A stretch of DNA of 64,000 bases from Candidatus Nomurabacteria bacterium (GCA_943356495.1 CALRFF010000001.1:92864-156863); one strand, 5' to 3'. Positions 1 through 10,788 are shown, numbered from the stretch's first letter. Notes: generated by a model from the sequence alone, not told the origin. Program-made: numbers and translations.

Positions 1-146
1 ACCATCTCCGACATACCGGCGCCCTCCAAACCTTCTATTTCTGCAACGCCGTCGCCCACACGCAATACCACACCGGTGTTTTTAGGGCGTGCCGAAGGTT
101 TAAAGCCTTCTATCTCTTTTTTAAATTGTTCGATGAAGTTAGACAT
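1..146 (-). CDS. atpA: F0F1 ATP synthase subunit alpha, N-terminal about 48 codons (partial; continues beyond window start)
   Basis: Minus-strand translation from the ATG ending at 146 reads MSNFIEQFKKEIEGFKPSARPKNTGVVLRVGDGVAEIEGLEGAGMSEM, the conserved AtpA N-terminus. The ATG overlaps the atpH stop (ATGTCTAA). Not in the ORF track because it is under 60 aa in the window. Confidence 0.6.
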   Translation of the reverse strand, partial: MSNFIEQFKKEIEGFKPSARPKNTGVVLRVGDGVAEIEGLEGAGMSEM

Positions 147-378
147 GGGTCAGTGTGTTATACAGTTCGAGCAACATCCGCGTGCGTTCCCGTTCGGGGG
201 TTATCTTTTTATGTTCTGCCAACCGCTCCGCCCCCAATACCAGTTTTTTATACTCGGCGTAAATCTGCGGGAGCAGTGTTTCGTGTCCGCGGCGTTTCAG
301 TACCTCGCGCAAACCGGTAAGGTGTTTGGCGTCGCCGCCCAGTTGATATAACGCTTTGGCATAGTCGGTAGCGATCAT
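139..378 (-). CDS. atpH: ATP synthase delta (OSCP)-like subunit, unusually short (79 aa)
   Basis: Sits between atpF and atpA in canonical operon order. The N-terminus (DYAKALYQLGG) resembles delta N-termini. A TAA stop is followed immediately by the atpA start, so it is not truncated by the window. Confidence 0.55.
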   Translation of the reverse strand: MIATDYAKALYQLGGDAKHLTGLREVLKRRGHETLLPQIYAEYKKLVLGAERLAEHKKITPERERTRMLLELYNTLTHV

Positions 379-382
379 ATAG

Positions 383-823
383 TTATTTGCTCATCGCCTT
401 TTCCATACCAAGGACGATAAGTTTGGCGACCTCTTGCTTGCTTTCTTCTATCGCGCGGGTTTTAAGCTCGCTCGCCTGCGCCTCGGCGTCTTTAATCATG
501 GTGTTTGCGGCACTCTCGCCGTGCGCAAGAATTTGGCGCTCTTTTTCAAGCGCGGCAGCACGGGCCTCGGCCACGATGCCGTCGGCTTCCTTGCCTGCAA
601 CACTCAAGATTTCTTGGCGGGAGCCCTCTATCTCAGAGAGTTTTAGCTCGGCGGCCTGCGCTGCGGCAACGCCCTGTGCAACTTTTTGTCGGCGCTCTTC
701 GAGCACTCGCGTCACCGGCCCGTACAGGAAGTACCACAGCGCCAGCATAAGCGCGCCGAAGTTGACGGCGTTAATGATGAGGAGCCGCCAGTCTACGCCG
801 AATGTCGAGAGGACCGATTCCAT
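383..823 (-). CDS. atpF: ATP synthase F0 subunit b
   Basis: N-terminal TM helix followed by a long charged/Ala-rich coiled coil. Position between c and delta. Confidence 0.8.
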   Translation of the reverse strand: MESVLSTFGVDWRLLIINAVNFGALMLALWYFLYGPVTRVLEERRQKVAQGVAAAQAAELKLSEIEGSRQEILSVAGKEADGIVAEARAAALEKERQILAHGESAANTMIKDAEAQASELKTRAIEESKQEVAKLIVLGMEKAMSK

Positions 824-831
824 GGAACGTG

Positions 832-1086
<255 letters not shown>

Positions 1087-1875
1087 CTAATGTGCAGAGC
1101 CCATCACGCCGTGATCCTCGATAGCGAGCTTAATGAACGCCATGGTAAGGATCGCGAAGATACCCGCCTGCAGAATCCCGATAAAGGCCTCAAAGGCCAT
1201 AAGCGGCACCGGCAGGAAGTACGGCACGAAGGTCCCAATAACCATCAGCAGCACCTCTCCCGCAAAAATGGCCCCGAAGAGCCTGAAGGAAAACGAGATA
1301 AGGCGCGCCAAGTTCCCGATAAGCTCGAGAAGCCCGACGATAAACCCCATCGCGCCTCCTGTAAAGTTAACAAATTTAGAGCCGTACTTCAATACGCCGA
1401 GCGTAAAGATGCCGGAGAGCTCGATAACTACAAACGCGATAATCGCGAGCGCGAGCGTTACGTTTAGGTCGGCGTTGACGCCGCGAAAGAGCGGTATAAA
1501 CTCCTCGCCGTGATGGATACCGAACGTGCCGAAGATAGGCAGGAAGTTAAGCATGTTTGCGGCGAGGATAAAAAGGAATATCGTCGCGATAAACGGAAAG
1601 TACCGCAACGCCAGCGCACGAGTGCCCAACGTCTGCTCCATAATGCCCAGCACGTACTCGATAAGCATTTCAAACGCGTTTTGGAGCTTACCGGGGACTA
1701 GCGACAGCCTGCGGCGTACCAAAAAACCAAGCAATATAAGGATACTCATGACCACCCAGGCGGTTATGAGCGCATTGTTTATGGGCAGACCAAACAGGGT
1801 ACCTACCCGCTCGGCCGCGAGCGATATATGCAGCTCTTTCTCCATTGATAGAGCCATTTTAACACAGCTGTACAA
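1087..1875 (-). CDS. atpB: ATP synthase F0 subunit a
   Basis: Polytopic membrane protein with conserved C-terminal region (LAISFSFRLFGAIFAGEVLL) including the essential Arg. Operon context. Confidence 0.85.
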   Translation of the reverse strand: MYSCVKMALSMEKELHISLAAERVGTLFGLPINNALITAWVVMSILILLGFLVRRRLSLVPGKLQNAFEMLIEYVLGIMEQTLGTRALALRYFPFIATIFLFILAANMLNFLPIFGTFGIHHGEEFIPLFRGVNADLNVTLALAIIAFVVIELSGIFTLGVLKYGSKFVNFTGGAMGFIVGLLELIGNLARLISFSFRLFGAIFAGEVLLMVIGTFVPYFLPVPLMAFEAFIGILQAGIFAILTMAFIKLAIEDHGVMGSAH

Positions 1876-1986
1876 AAAATTCCCCCTTCATGCTTTTTAC
1901 AGATATACTAAGGTATCTGTGTAATACGGCTGAGATGGAGCCGTCATAACGGTTGTGCGGATTATTCGCTATATAAAAAATAACGT

Positions 1987-2526
1987 ATGCCTTTTATCGC
2001 AATAGCACTTATGGTCGCGGCTGCGCTCGGCGGCGGCGTTTCCGTAGCAGCCAATAACTCGCTCCCGGGCGACGCGTTGTGGGGTTTTAAAACCTCAGTT
2101 AACGAAAGTATCCGGGGGGCCTTTACTGCCGGCGACGAAGCAAAGGCTAACTGGGACATCGCTGTAGTGTCGGCGCGCCTCGACGAGGCACAAAAACTTG
2201 CCGTAGAAGGCAAGCTCGATGCTGATGTGCAGGCCAAGATTATGGCAAACTTTGACGCCCATGCGCAAGATATTGCCGAGCGTATAAGCAAGCTCCAAGT
2301 ATCAGGCAAAGCTGATGTTGCGGCCGATGTTGCGGCGCGCTTCCAGGCGCAGCTTGCACAGCACGCTTCTGCTATAACCGAGGCTTCGACCGCGCAAGAG
2401 GCGCACGTACAGGCGACTATGGTCCCCTTCCTTGCCTCGGTACGCGGCACGCTTGATGCGGCAGCCAATCTTTCGGCCAGCGCATCAAACCACACCAGCG
2501 CTACTGGCACGATCAACGTACTCTAA
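1987..2526 (+). CDS. secreted/membrane-anchored hypothetical protein, DUF5667-like helical repeats
   Basis: N-terminal hydrophobic segment, then Ala/Lys/Asp-rich helical repeats (DEAQKLAVEGKLDADVQAKIMANFDAHAQD). Confidence 0.45.
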   Translation: MPFIAIALMVAAALGGGVSVAANNSLPGDALWGFKTSVNESIRGAFTAGDEAKANWDIAVVSARLDEAQKLAVEGKLDADVQAKIMANFDAHAQDIAERISKLQVSGKADVAADVAARFQAQLAQHASAITEASTAQEAHVQATMVPFLASVRGTLDAAANLSASASNHTSATGTINVL

Positions 2527-2878
2527 AAAAGGCCGCGTACAACATCCACGCGACAAACGCGCCAATGCTGTCGTTACCAAGATCCATAACCGAGTCGGCA
2601 AATCCGCCACTTAACCCTTCTATACTTTCCCAAGCTTCCCATGCGCCGCCTACCGCAAGGGTCAGGCCGACCATGTACAGTAGGGTCCGTATCGGCGGCA
2701 GCTGTGCGCGCGAGGCAACAGCCCCCACCCACAGTCCGATAGTAAGCCCGCCGAGCATATGCGTCGGCACGTCCCACCAATCATAGGTCCAGTACAACGA
2801 GTCGATAATCCCAAACCAATGCATCGCGCCGGTCGCGCATACCGCCGCAAGCGCTAAGGCATTAAAAAGAAGCGGCAT
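2513..2878 (-). CDS. hypothetical integral membrane protein
   Basis: 121-aa ORF with 3-4 hydrophobic helices rich in W/G. No recognisable motif. Confidence 0.4.
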   Translation of the reverse strand: MPLLFNALALAAVCATGAMHWFGIIDSLYWTYDWWDVPTHMLGGLTIGLWVGAVASRAQLPPIRTLLYMVGLTLAVGGAWEAWESIEGLSGGFADSVMDLGNDSIGAFVAWMLYAAFFRVR

Positions 2879-2907
2879 GTGCCCTCATGATATCATTTGT
2901 CTAACGC

Positions 2908-4272
2908 ATGGACGTCCTTACTTTTTCGCGCCTGCAGTTTGGCGACACCGCGGCATTTCATATCCTCTGGCCGATTATGTCTATCGGGCTTTCGCTGTAC
3001 ATGCTGGTTATGGAAGTGGCGTGGTTATACACCGGCAACGAGTCGTACTACCGACAACTACGCTTCTGGACCAAAATTTTTATACTTACCTTTGCTATGG
3101 GCACCGCGAGCGGCATACCGCTCCAGTTTGAATTCGGCACCAACTGGGCCGCCTTTAGCGCGGCCACCGGCGACTTCTTCGGCAACATACTGGGCTTCGA
3201 GTCTACGGTTGCGTTTGCCCTCGAGGCCGCGTTTTTGGGTATTTTTGTCTTCGGGTGGAACAAGGTGGGCCGCGGCGCGCACTTGTTTGCCAACGCGATG
3301 ATATTTGTCGGCGCAACGCTGTCGGCGTTTTGGATTATGGCCGCCAACTCGTGGATGCAGATACCCGTCGGGGTCGTGGTCGAAGGGAGCAAGCTTATCG
3401 TCTCCGACTATATGGCGGCGATATTTAACCCCGGCACCATAGTGTCCTTTTTGCACATGTGGGTCGCGTGCATTGAAAGTACGCTGTTTATGATGACCGG
3501 CATTTGCGCGATGGTGCTATTGTTCGGCACCCGCGACACCGCGCAACGGGAGTTTTTTCTTACTGCGTTTAAATACTGCGTCGCACTGGCGATTATTATC
3601 GTGCCGATACAGCTCGGCATCGGCCACGTAAGCGGCGAAACGGTGGCCAAGTACCAACCCGCAAAACTTGCCGCCACCGAGTTGCACTGGGACACCAACG
3701 CGCCGGGCACCGGCGCGGCGCTTAACTTGTTTGCATGGCCGGCCGCAGAGGGCGGCCGCAACTCCTTTGCGCTTGCCATACCGGGCGGACTTTCGTTTAT
3801 CACCACCGTACCGCAAGACGGCGTGGTACGCGGGCTCAATAGCTTCCCCGCCGCCGACCGCCCCACCACACTCGAAGCGACTATCGTGTTTTACTCTTTC
3901 CGGTTAATGGTCGGTATCGGGGTCGTGCTGTTGCTGCTCATGTTTGCAGGCGCATGGTACTGGGGCAAGGGGCGCTTAACGCTTGCCAAAATAGACAAAC
4001 ACAGAGTCTTTTGGTGGTTGTGGGTGCTGGCCTTGCCGCTTGGGTTTATCGCAACCGAAGCCGGCTGGATGGTGCGCGAAATAGGACGCCAACCATGGGT
4101 GGTATACAACCTTATGCGCACCAGCGAAGGGCTTTCAAGCAACCTCAACGTGGTTACCGTTGCCGCTACCACTATCATCTTTACACTGCTGTACCTCATA
4201 TTCGGCGCGCTGTTTATCTACTTTACGTACCGGATTGTTAAAAAAGGCCCCGACCTGACAACCCCCGTATGA
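2908..4272 (+). CDS. cydA: cytochrome bd ubiquinol oxidase subunit I
   Basis: Strong CydA-like N-terminus (FGDTAAFHILWPIMSIGLSLYM...GIPLQFEFGTNW). Length 454 aa. Confidence 0.9.
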   Translation: MDVLTFSRLQFGDTAAFHILWPIMSIGLSLYMLVMEVAWLYTGNESYYRQLRFWTKIFILTFAMGTASGIPLQFEFGTNWAAFSAATGDFFGNILGFESTVAFALEAAFLGIFVFGWNKVGRGAHLFANAMIFVGATLSAFWIMAANSWMQIPVGVVVEGSKLIVSDYMAAIFNPGTIVSFLHMWVACIESTLFMMTGICAMVLLFGTRDTAQREFFLTAFKYCVALAIIIVPIQLGIGHVSGETVAKYQPAKLAATELHWDTNAPGTGAALNLFAWPAAEGGRNSFALAIPGGLSFITTVPQDGVVRGLNSFPAADRPTTLEATIVFYSFRLMVGIGVVLLLLMFAGAWYWGKGRLTLAKIDKHRVFWWLWVLALPLGFIATEAGWMVREIGRQPWVVYNLMRTSEGLSSNLNVVTVAATTIIFTLLYLIFGALFIYFTYRIVKKGPDLTTPV

Positions 4273-5273
4273 TAGACCTCCCTACCATTTGGTTCGGTAT
4301 TTTGTGTCTGCAGATAGCCCTGTATATTTTGCTCGACGGCGCCGACTTGGGGCTGGGGCTCTTGTCGCTCCTGCCTAAAAAAGAGTCGGAGGAGTCTCTC
4401 ATGATGCAGACCGTCGGACCCATTTGGGACGCCAATGAAACATGGTTGGTTATCGCCGCCGGTACGCTGTTCGGCGCTTTCCCTTTGGCGTACTCGATTA
4501 TCCTCAACGCGCTCTACATACCGGTCATGCTTTTATTGTTTGGACTTATTTTGCGCGCCGCCTCCTTCGAATTTCACACACTGGCGCACAATAAAAAAAT
4601 ATGGAGTCTGATGTTTGGTGTCGGGAGCCTTATGGCAATTGTAGGGCAAGGCACCGCGCTCGGCGGACTCTTAGGCGGTATTACGATAGTAGACGGGCAA
4701 TTTGCGGGCGGCGCATTCGACTGGGTTACGCCGCTTACCTTATTTATTACGGTGGGCGTGGCGTTTAGCTACGCGGTAGTGGGCTATGCCTACTTGATAA
4801 AAAAGACCTCGCACGAAATGGCCGGTAATAGCTTTGCACATGTACTGGTGGCCGCGGGAGTTACCTTTGTCGCATTTTTAACCGCCACACTCATGCTCCC
4901 GCAAATGCAGTATGTATTCCTCTCGCGTTGGTCGACAGCGCCGGCAAACTACTTGCTGTTTGCTATTGCAGGCGCTATCGGGCTGGTATCACTGTTGCTG
5001 TGTTACGACTTGTTGCGCAAACGGCATCGCGAACACTTGCACACGCTGTGCATGATTATTTTTGTGCTTGCGATGGCCGGCATGTTGGTGGGCGTCTACC
5101 CGTACCTGATACCGCCGATGCTCACGATACAAGCCGCCGCCGCGTCGGAAAAAACACTGCAGTTTATGCTGTACGGCATTGCGCCCTTATTGCCTATTGT
5201 GCTGGCGTATAACTTTTATCTCTACCGCGTATTCCGCCGGCACATGGGCCCTAGCGAGCGCGAAGGATACTAA
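4269..5273 (+). CDS. cydB: cytochrome bd ubiquinol oxidase subunit II
   Basis: Overlaps the cydA stop (ATGA). CydB-like N-terminus (WFGILCLQIALYILLDGADLGLG) and polytopic. Confidence 0.9.
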   Translation: MIDLPTIWFGILCLQIALYILLDGADLGLGLLSLLPKKESEESLMMQTVGPIWDANETWLVIAAGTLFGAFPLAYSIILNALYIPVMLLLFGLILRAASFEFHTLAHNKKIWSLMFGVGSLMAIVGQGTALGGLLGGITIVDGQFAGGAFDWVTPLTLFITVGVAFSYAVVGYAYLIKKTSHEMAGNSFAHVLVAAGVTFVAFLTATLMLPQMQYVFLSRWSTAPANYLLFAIAGAIGLVSLLLCYDLLRKRHREHLHTLCMIIFVLAMAGMLVGVYPYLIPPMLTIQAAAASEKTLQFMLYGIAPLLPIVLAYNFYLYRVFRRHMGPSEREGY

Positions 5274-5277
5274 CAAG

Positions 5278-5348
5278 TGGACCTGGCGAGAATCGAACTC
5301 GCGCCTCTGCAATGCGAATGCAGCGTTTTACCACTTAACTACAGGCCC
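5278..5348 (-). tRNA. tRNA-Ala (anticodon CGC), atypical acceptor stem
   Basis: Cloverleaf with T-loop TTCGATT. Anticodon loop TTCGCAT gives CGC. G3.U70 is present, but position 1/72 is a G/A mismatch. No encoded CCA. Confidence 0.5.
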
Positions 5349-5379
5349 TGTTTCGCCTAAGCATAAGCAAAGACGAAGT

Positions 5380-5453
5380 TGGTCGGGATGCAGAGAATCG
5401 AACTCTGGTTTCACGCACCCGAAGCGTGCATAATACCACTATACGACATCCCG
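5380..5453 (-). tRNA. tRNA-Pro (anticodon CGG)
   Basis: Acceptor CGGGATG/CATCCCG, anticodon loop TTCGGGT, T-arm CAGAG-TTCGATT-CTCTG, encoded CCA. Confidence 0.8.
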
Positions 5454-5493
5454 ATTGACGAACGCACTAAAATATATCAGCAAAAAGCTTTTT

Positions 5494-5568
5494 GTGCACC
5501 TTGAGAGGCTCGAACTCCCGACCTCGCCAGTGTGAGTGGCGCGCTCTAACCAACTGAGCTAAAGGTGC
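5494..5568 (-). tRNA. tRNA-Val (anticodon CAC)
   Basis: GCACCTT/AAGGTGC acceptor, D-loop AGCTCAGTTGGTTAGAGC, anticodon loop CTCACAC. Confidence 0.8.
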
Positions 5569-5572
5569 TTTG

Positions 5573-5645
5573 TGGACCCAACCGGGATCGAACCGGTCAC
5601 CTCCTCATTGCAAATGAGGCGCTCTACCAAATGAGCTATGGGCCC
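5573..5645 (-). tRNA. tRNA-Ala (anticodon TGC)
   Basis: GGGCCCA/TGGGTCC acceptor with G3.U70. Anticodon loop TTTGCAA. T-arm ACCGG-TTCGATC-CCGGT. Confidence 0.85.
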
Positions 5646-5687
5646 AAGCGAGGTACAAAAACTAAACGCTACCAGCACAGAATACGA

Positions 5688-6023
5688 TTATTTTGTGATT
5701 TCGTCTATCTTGGCGGCAACAATGAAGTCGTTTATCGAAAGTCCGCCTATGGCATGGGTAGTAAGCTCCACACCCATGTTGCCGTAGCCCACGGTCATGT
5801 CGGGGTGGTGTTGCTCCTCCTCGGCAATGGCGCCGACCTTGTTGGCAAACGCGAGCGCTTGCTTAAAGTCTTTAAAGGTAAAGGTACGCGCCAGCATACG
5901 ATGCTGGTCTATCAGCATCCACTCTTCGCTCAACTCTTTCATTAGTTCCTCTGTTTGATCGGGATTAAGCGGGTCTACTCCACCCTCGCACGGGACGCAT
6001 TTTTTATCTTTGAGTTTAGCCAT
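5688..6023 (-). CDS. 4a-hydroxytetrahydrobiopterin (pterin-4a-carbinolamine) dehydratase
   Basis: 111 aa with the PCD signature (AIAEEEQHHPDMTVGYGNMGVELTTH). Confidence 0.75.
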   Translation of the reverse strand: MAKLKDKKCVPCEGGVDPLNPDQTEELMKELSEEWMLIDQHRMLARTFTFKDFKQALAFANKVGAIAEEEQHHPDMTVGYGNMGVELTTHAIGGLSINDFIVAAKIDEITK

Positions 6024-6981
6024 GGCGTCGGGCCAACGTTATCACATGGTCAAGAAAATGCGAGAGGCTCGAACCGCCAGCTGCAAGCGCTTTGGGCAAG
6101 AGCGACTCTGAAGTTAAGCCAGGGAGTGTATTAACCTCTAAAAAGTAGATCCCACGCGGACTCACAATAAAGTCCGAACGCGAGTAATGTGCGAGGCCAA
6201 GCCCTTCGTGTACCGCGCGAGCGGCATTGGCAAGCAACTGCTTTTCTTGGTCGGTAAAGTGCCCCGGCACGCGTTCCAAGGTGTGTCCGCTGTATTTGGC
6301 ATCGTAGTCGAAAAAACTCGAGGTGGGCGGCGGCACGATTTCTACCGGCATCAGCGCATAGGTGCGCTCACCTCTAAAATCGTCGAGTACGCCCACGGTC
6401 GCCTCGCGGCCTTTTATAAACTCTTCCACAAGCACCTTAGGCGACACGGCAAACGCGCGCTCAAGCGCCCACTCTAAGCCGTGGAAATTGTGCGCAACCG
6501 ATGTACCCACCGAGGAGCCTCCGGTAACCGGTTTAACGATAGCGGGGTGCGGAAAGGTGCGAAAGAGTTCGTGCGCCAACTCTGTGACACTGCGGCCGCT
6601 TTCCACCACTCTGCCGTGGGCGATTTTTATACCAAGCGGCACCACCGCCTCGCGTGTACGATGTTTGTTAAAGGCAAGGCCGGAGGAGTGCGTACCCGAG
6701 CCGGTGTACGGCACGGCCAACGAATCGAGTAGGCGCTGCACCGTGCCGTCCTCACCGTACTCGCCGTGCATAGCATTAAAGGCCACATCTACCCCGCGCA
6801 ACGCACGCTCGGGGTGCATAGCAACGCCGTGCAGGTGCCACTCGCCGTCGCGCGAGATAAATATATCGCGCGGCTCATATTTTTCCTTATCCAAGTGCTG
6901 CAAAACGCTCGCGCCTGTTTTAAGCGAGACTTCGTACTCATTGCTGGGGCCTCCACGCAATACCCCGACCACAGTTCTCAT
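6016..6981 (-). CDS. ddl: D-alanine--D-alanine ligase
   Basis: ATP-grasp enzyme. N-terminus VGVLRGGPSNEYEVSLKTG and C-terminal EVNTLPGLT motifs typical of Ddl. Confidence 0.9.
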   Translation of the reverse strand: MRTVVGVLRGGPSNEYEVSLKTGASVLQHLDKEKYEPRDIFISRDGEWHLHGVAMHPERALRGVDVAFNAMHGEYGEDGTVQRLLDSLAVPYTGSGTHSSGLAFNKHRTREAVVPLGIKIAHGRVVESGRSVTELAHELFRTFPHPAIVKPVTGGSSVGTSVAHNFHGLEWALERAFAVSPKVLVEEFIKGREATVGVLDDFRGERTYALMPVEIVPPPTSSFFDYDAKYSGHTLERVPGHFTDQEKQLLANAARAVHEGLGLAHYSRSDFIVSPRGIYFLEVNTLPGLTSESLLPKALAAGGSSLSHFLDHVITLARRHG

Positions 6982-6985
6982 GACA

Positions 6986-8221
6986 CTAGTATAAACCCAT
7001 TTCCTTACGACTACGTTTCCGATGAAAACCTATAGCAAAGCGGTGGGCCTCGGCGTTGGCAAGGAGTATGTCGCGCTCGCGACCGGCGACATGCTCGCGG
7101 CTTCCCCGTATTTCGCGCGGCCGATGCTTTTCGTCTTTAACCACGCCGACTACCGGTATCTGTATACCCAAAGAAGCCAGGAGTTTTTCCGCGGCGCTTA
7201 TTTGCGCAGTAGAGCCGTCCACGGCAATAAGTTTCGGCAACGGCCACTCATCATGTCCAAGGCGGCGGCTGAGTATCTCGCGCAACGCGCCGGTATCGTC
7301 TCCTCCTTTGGCCGTGCGGATAGTAAACTTCCGGTACTCGTTTTTATTCGCGACGCCGTCCTCTACTACCGTCATGACGCCCACTGTTGATGTACCGCCC
7401 AAGTGCGCTACATCGTATGCCTCAATACGCATACTGCGCCCCGCCGCACCATACGCACGATACTCGTCTTTTATAAGCGAAATGTCTTGTATGTGGGTAA
7501 GCGCAAACAGCTGCCCGCGCAAGCGTTTTGCATCTTCAAACTGTTCGGCTTTTGCGGCGGCTTTCATCTCGCGCCCGAGCGTTTGTAGCAACTCTTTTTT
7601 CTTTCCCTGGAATAACAGCACAATGTGCCGCACGATGCGGCGATACTCGGCTTGTGTAATCTCGCCCGAGCATACGCCCGGACACAAACCCAGCTGCGCG
7701 TTAAAACAGCGCTTGCCCGAGTTAGGTACACATTTGTCGCGGTAAGGGAAAATTTTGCGGATAAGTTTCATGGCGGCTTGCAACTGCAGTCCGTGGGGGA
7801 ACGGGCCAAACGTGTACCCGCGCGTTTTTGCAGGAAACTCCTGTTCTATATTTTTGCCGCGCACCACCAACACCCGCGGGTAGTCCTCGCGAGTTACCAC
7901 AACATAATTCCAACTCTTATCGTCCTTTAAGTCGGTGTTTGCTTTAGGTTTGTGCGTTTTAACAAGGCTCGCCTCTAAAATCAGCGCCTCAAGCACCGAG
8001 TCGGTTTGCCGCCACTCCAGCGTAACCGCGTCGGCAACCATCTTTACGATAAGCGGCGACCGCACCACATTAAGATCTTTAGCAAAGTAACTGCGTGTCC
8101 GGTCGCGCAAGCTGGTGGCTTTGCCTATATAGAGCACTTTTTTGTTTTTACCCAAAAAGAAGTACACCCCCGGTCCGTCGGGGATCTTAGCTATTCTTTT
8201 TTTAAACTGCTCGAGCGTCAT
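6986..8221 (-). CDS. uvrC: excinuclease ABC subunit C, compact form (GIY-YIG + UVR + endonuclease domains; no C-terminal HhH)
   Basis: GIY-YIG N-terminus (GVYFFLGKNKKVLYIGKATSLRDR), Cys cluster CPGVCSGE, UVR helix, C-terminal UvrC endonuclease domain. 411 aa. Confidence 0.85.
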   Translation of the reverse strand: MTLEQFKKRIAKIPDGPGVYFFLGKNKKVLYIGKATSLRDRTRSYFAKDLNVVRSPLIVKMVADAVTLEWRQTDSVLEALILEASLVKTHKPKANTDLKDDKSWNYVVVTREDYPRVLVVRGKNIEQEFPAKTRGYTFGPFPHGLQLQAAMKLIRKIFPYRDKCVPNSGKRCFNAQLGLCPGVCSGEITQAEYRRIVRHIVLLFQGKKKELLQTLGREMKAAAKAEQFEDAKRLRGQLFALTHIQDISLIKDEYRAYGAAGRSMRIEAYDVAHLGGTSTVGVMTVVEDGVANKNEYRKFTIRTAKGGDDTGALREILSRRLGHDEWPLPKLIAVDGSTAQISAAEKLLASLGIQIPVVGVVKDEKHRPREIRGSREHVAGRERDILLANAEAHRFAIGFHRKRSRKEMGLY

Positions 8222-10788
8222 AGTACCCGCTTTAAGTACTTGCCGGTGTGAGACTGTTTGTTGTTGGCTATCTCCTCCGGTGTGCCTTTGGCTACAAGAT
8301 TGCCGCCACCTACCCCGCCCTCGGGGCCAAAGTCGAGTACATAGTCGGCCGACTTAATAACATCCATATTGTGTTCAATGAGCACTACGCTATTACCGGC
8401 GACCACCAGCCGGTTAAGTATGTCGATCAGTTTGCGCACGTCTTCGTAGTGCAGACCCACGGTCGGCTCGTCGAGCAGATAAATTGTCTTTTGCAGATGC
8501 GGGCGGTACAGCTCGCTGCTAATTTTGACGCGCTGTGCCTCCCCGCCGGAAAGCGTGGTCGCGCTCTGGCCAAGCTCAAGATAGCCCAAGCCTACTTCCT
8601 CTAACGTCTTAAGCCGGTCATAAATGGCGGGTATGTCGTTAAAGAATTGTATCGCCTCCTCGACCGTCATTTTGAGCACATCGTAAATACTCTTTTTTTT
8701 ATATTTAACTTCCAGTGTCTCCTTCATAAAACGCTTGCCGTTACAGACATCGCAGGTAACGTACACGGTGGGCAAAAAATGCATTTCGACCGCTATCATG
8801 CCGTTGCCTTCGCACACCTCGCAGCGGCCGCCGCCGCGCTCTTGCTTAACGTTAAAGGAAAAGCGATTGGCCTTCCAGCCACGGGCACGGGCCTCGCCCG
8901 TCGTGGCAAATAGGTCACGGATAAAGGTAAAGGCCCCTGTGTAGGTTGCGGGGTTAGAGCGCGGCGTGCGGCCGATGGGGCTTTGGTCAATAAGTATCGC
9001 GCGGCTGACATGCTCGGTGCCGGTAACACTCGATGCGTTGTGTGTTTTATTGCTGCGGTACTCCTTATCAAAGCGGGCGCGCAAGTTTTCGTACAAAATT
9101 TCGTACAAAAAAGTCGACTTGCCCGAGCCGGACACGCCGGTAATAGCCACCATCCGCCCAAGTGGCAGGTCGACGGTTAGGTTTTTTATATTAAAGGCTT
9201 TGCCGCCTTTTATTTTTATAGCGCCCTTGTCCTTCTCTCGGCGAGTCTCCGGCACCTCGATAGCCTTTTCGCCGCGCAAGTAGCTGAGTGTCACCGAGCC
9301 GCTCTCGTTCTTTTTGGCGGTTAGGAGCTTCTCCAGCCAACCTTCGGCCACGATATGGCCGCCGTGTACGCCCGCACCCGGCCCGATGTCCACCAGGTAG
9401 TCGCCCGCATAAATGGTGTCTTCATCGTGCTCGACGACAATAATAGTGTTGCCCAAGTCGCGCAGGTTGAGCAGGGTTTTTATCAGGCGCTCGTTGTCCC
9501 GCTGATGCAGGCCGATGGTCGGCTCATCAAGCACATACAGCGCACCCACCAAGCCGGAGCCGAGTTGCGAGGCCAAACGGATACGCTGCGCCTCGCCGCC
9601 GCTAAGCGTATTGGCGCGCCGGTCGAGCGTAAGGTAGTCGAGCCCTACATCGAGCATAAACTTTAGTCGTGCTGAAATTTCTTTAATTACCGTCTTTGAG
9701 ATTTCTTGGTCCTTCTTGCTCAACTCAAGCTTGCTAAAGAAAGTGTACGCGTCTTGTATCGACTGCGTCGTAATATCAACAATATTTACTTTATCGCCTA
9801 AAAATACGTTAAGCGCCTCCGGGCGCAGGCGCTTACCCTCGCAGACCGGGCACGGCTCGTCGGACCAAAAATGCTTGGTGCCAAGGCCGTTGCAGGCCGG
9901 ACAGGCGCCGTACGGCGAGTTAAAGGAAAAAAGGCGCGGCTCTACCTCGGGGAAGGAAAATCCGTCGTACGCGCACATAAACTTGCTCGAGATAATCCGC
10001 TCAGCACCCGCCTCTTCTATTTTTACCAGCCCGTCGGCCTCGCCCAGCGCGCGCTCTACCGCCTCGCTCAAACGCTCAAGCGCCGGCTTTTTATCCCTCT
10101 GAAATTCAGATATTAAAATCTCATCCACCAGGGCATCGATGTCATGCTTTTTGTGGCGGCTCAACTCTACCCGGTCGCGCAGACTTACCAACTTGCCGTC
10201 GACTTTTGCTTTTTCGAACCCCTTACCTAAAAGGTCGTAGAGCAGCTGGTAGTACTCGCCCTTGCGGCCGACCACGACCGGCGCATAAATACGCACTACA
10301 TCATCACTGATATCAACACCCATTACTTTTTTAGTTTTCTTGGGCACGTGGCTACTGACCGTCTCGACCACGCTTTGGATAATCTCTTCGTTGCTGTGCT
10401 TTTTTATCTCCCGCCCGCAGACCAAGCAGTGCGGCTTGCCCACGCGCGCATAGAGTATGCGCAGGTAATCGTAAATCTCGGTAATCGTCGCTACTGTTGA
10501 GCGCGGGTTGTTGCTGCGCGACTTTTGATCGATAGATATGGCGGGCGAAAGGCCCGTAATCTCCTCGACATCGGGCTTTTGCATCTGCCGTAAAAATTGG
10601 CGCGCATAGGCCGAAAGCGATTCTATGTAGCGGCGCTGGCCTTCGGCAAAAATAGTATCAAACGCCAAAGACGACTTGCCGCTGCCGGAAAGTCCTGTAA
10701 AAACGACCATTTTATTGCGCGGTATCTTAAGGTCGATGTTCTTAAGATTGTGCGTTTTTGCCCCTTTGATGTGTATAAAGTCTTCCAT
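8218..10788 (-). CDS. uvrA: excinuclease ABC subunit A
   Basis: Two ABC ATPase modules ([23 protein letters not shown] ... [15 protein letters not shown]) with zinc-finger Cys pairs. 856 aa. Confidence 0.95.
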   Translation of the reverse strand: MEDFIHIKGAKTHNLKNIDLKIPRNKMVVFTGLSGSGKSSLAFDTIFAEGQRRYIESLSAYARQFLRQMQKPDVEEITGLSPAISIDQKSRSNNPRSTVATITEIYDYLRILYARVGKPHCLVCGREIKKHSNEEIIQSVVETVSSHVPKKTKKVMGVDISDDVVRIYAPVVVGRKGEYYQLLYDLLGKGFEKAKVDGKLVSLRDRVELSRHKKHDIDALVDEILISEFQRDKKPALERLSEAVERALGEADGLVKIEEAGAERIISSKFMCAYDGFSFPEVEPRLFSFNSPYGACPACNGLGTKHFWSDEPCPVCEGKRLRPEALNVFLGDKVNIVDITTQSIQDAYTFFSKLELSKKDQEISKTVIKEISARLKFMLDVGLDYLTLDRRANTLSGGEAQRIRLASQLGSGLVGALYVLDEPTIGLHQRDNERLIKTLLNLRDLGNTIIVVEHDEDTIYAGDYLVDIGPGAGVHGGHIVAEGWLEKLLTAKKNESGSVTLSYLRGEKAIEVPETRREKDKGAIKIKGGKAFNIKNLTVDLPLGRMVAITGVSGSGKSTFLYEILYENLRARFDKEYRSNKTHNASSVTGTEHVSRAILIDQSPIGRTPRSNPATYTGAFTFIRDLFATTGEARARGWKANRFSFNVKQERGGGRCEVCEGNGMIAVEMHFLPTVYVTCDVCNGKRFMKETLEVKYKKKSIYDVLKMTVEEAIQFFNDIPAIYDRLKTLEEVGLGYLELGQSATTLSGGEAQRVKISSELYRPHLQKTIYLLDEPTVGLHYEDVRKLIDILNRLVVAGNSVVLIEHNMDVIKSADYVLDFGPEGGVGGGNLVAKGTPEEIANNKQSHTGKYLKRVL

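Noticed and set aside
76-351. Plus-strand ORFs 76..351 and 126..320
   Set aside because: Antisense to atpH and the atpA start, which have clear homology and an operon context.
8248-10102. Multiple plus-strand ORFs of 60-130 aa inside uvrA, and similar ones inside uvrB, clpB, gyrA, topA, and 23653..24741 inside the HI0933 gene
   Set aside because: All are antisense to long, well-conserved genes in GC-rich DNA. They have no SD sites and low-complexity Arg/Ala-rich translations typical of spurious GC-rich frames.
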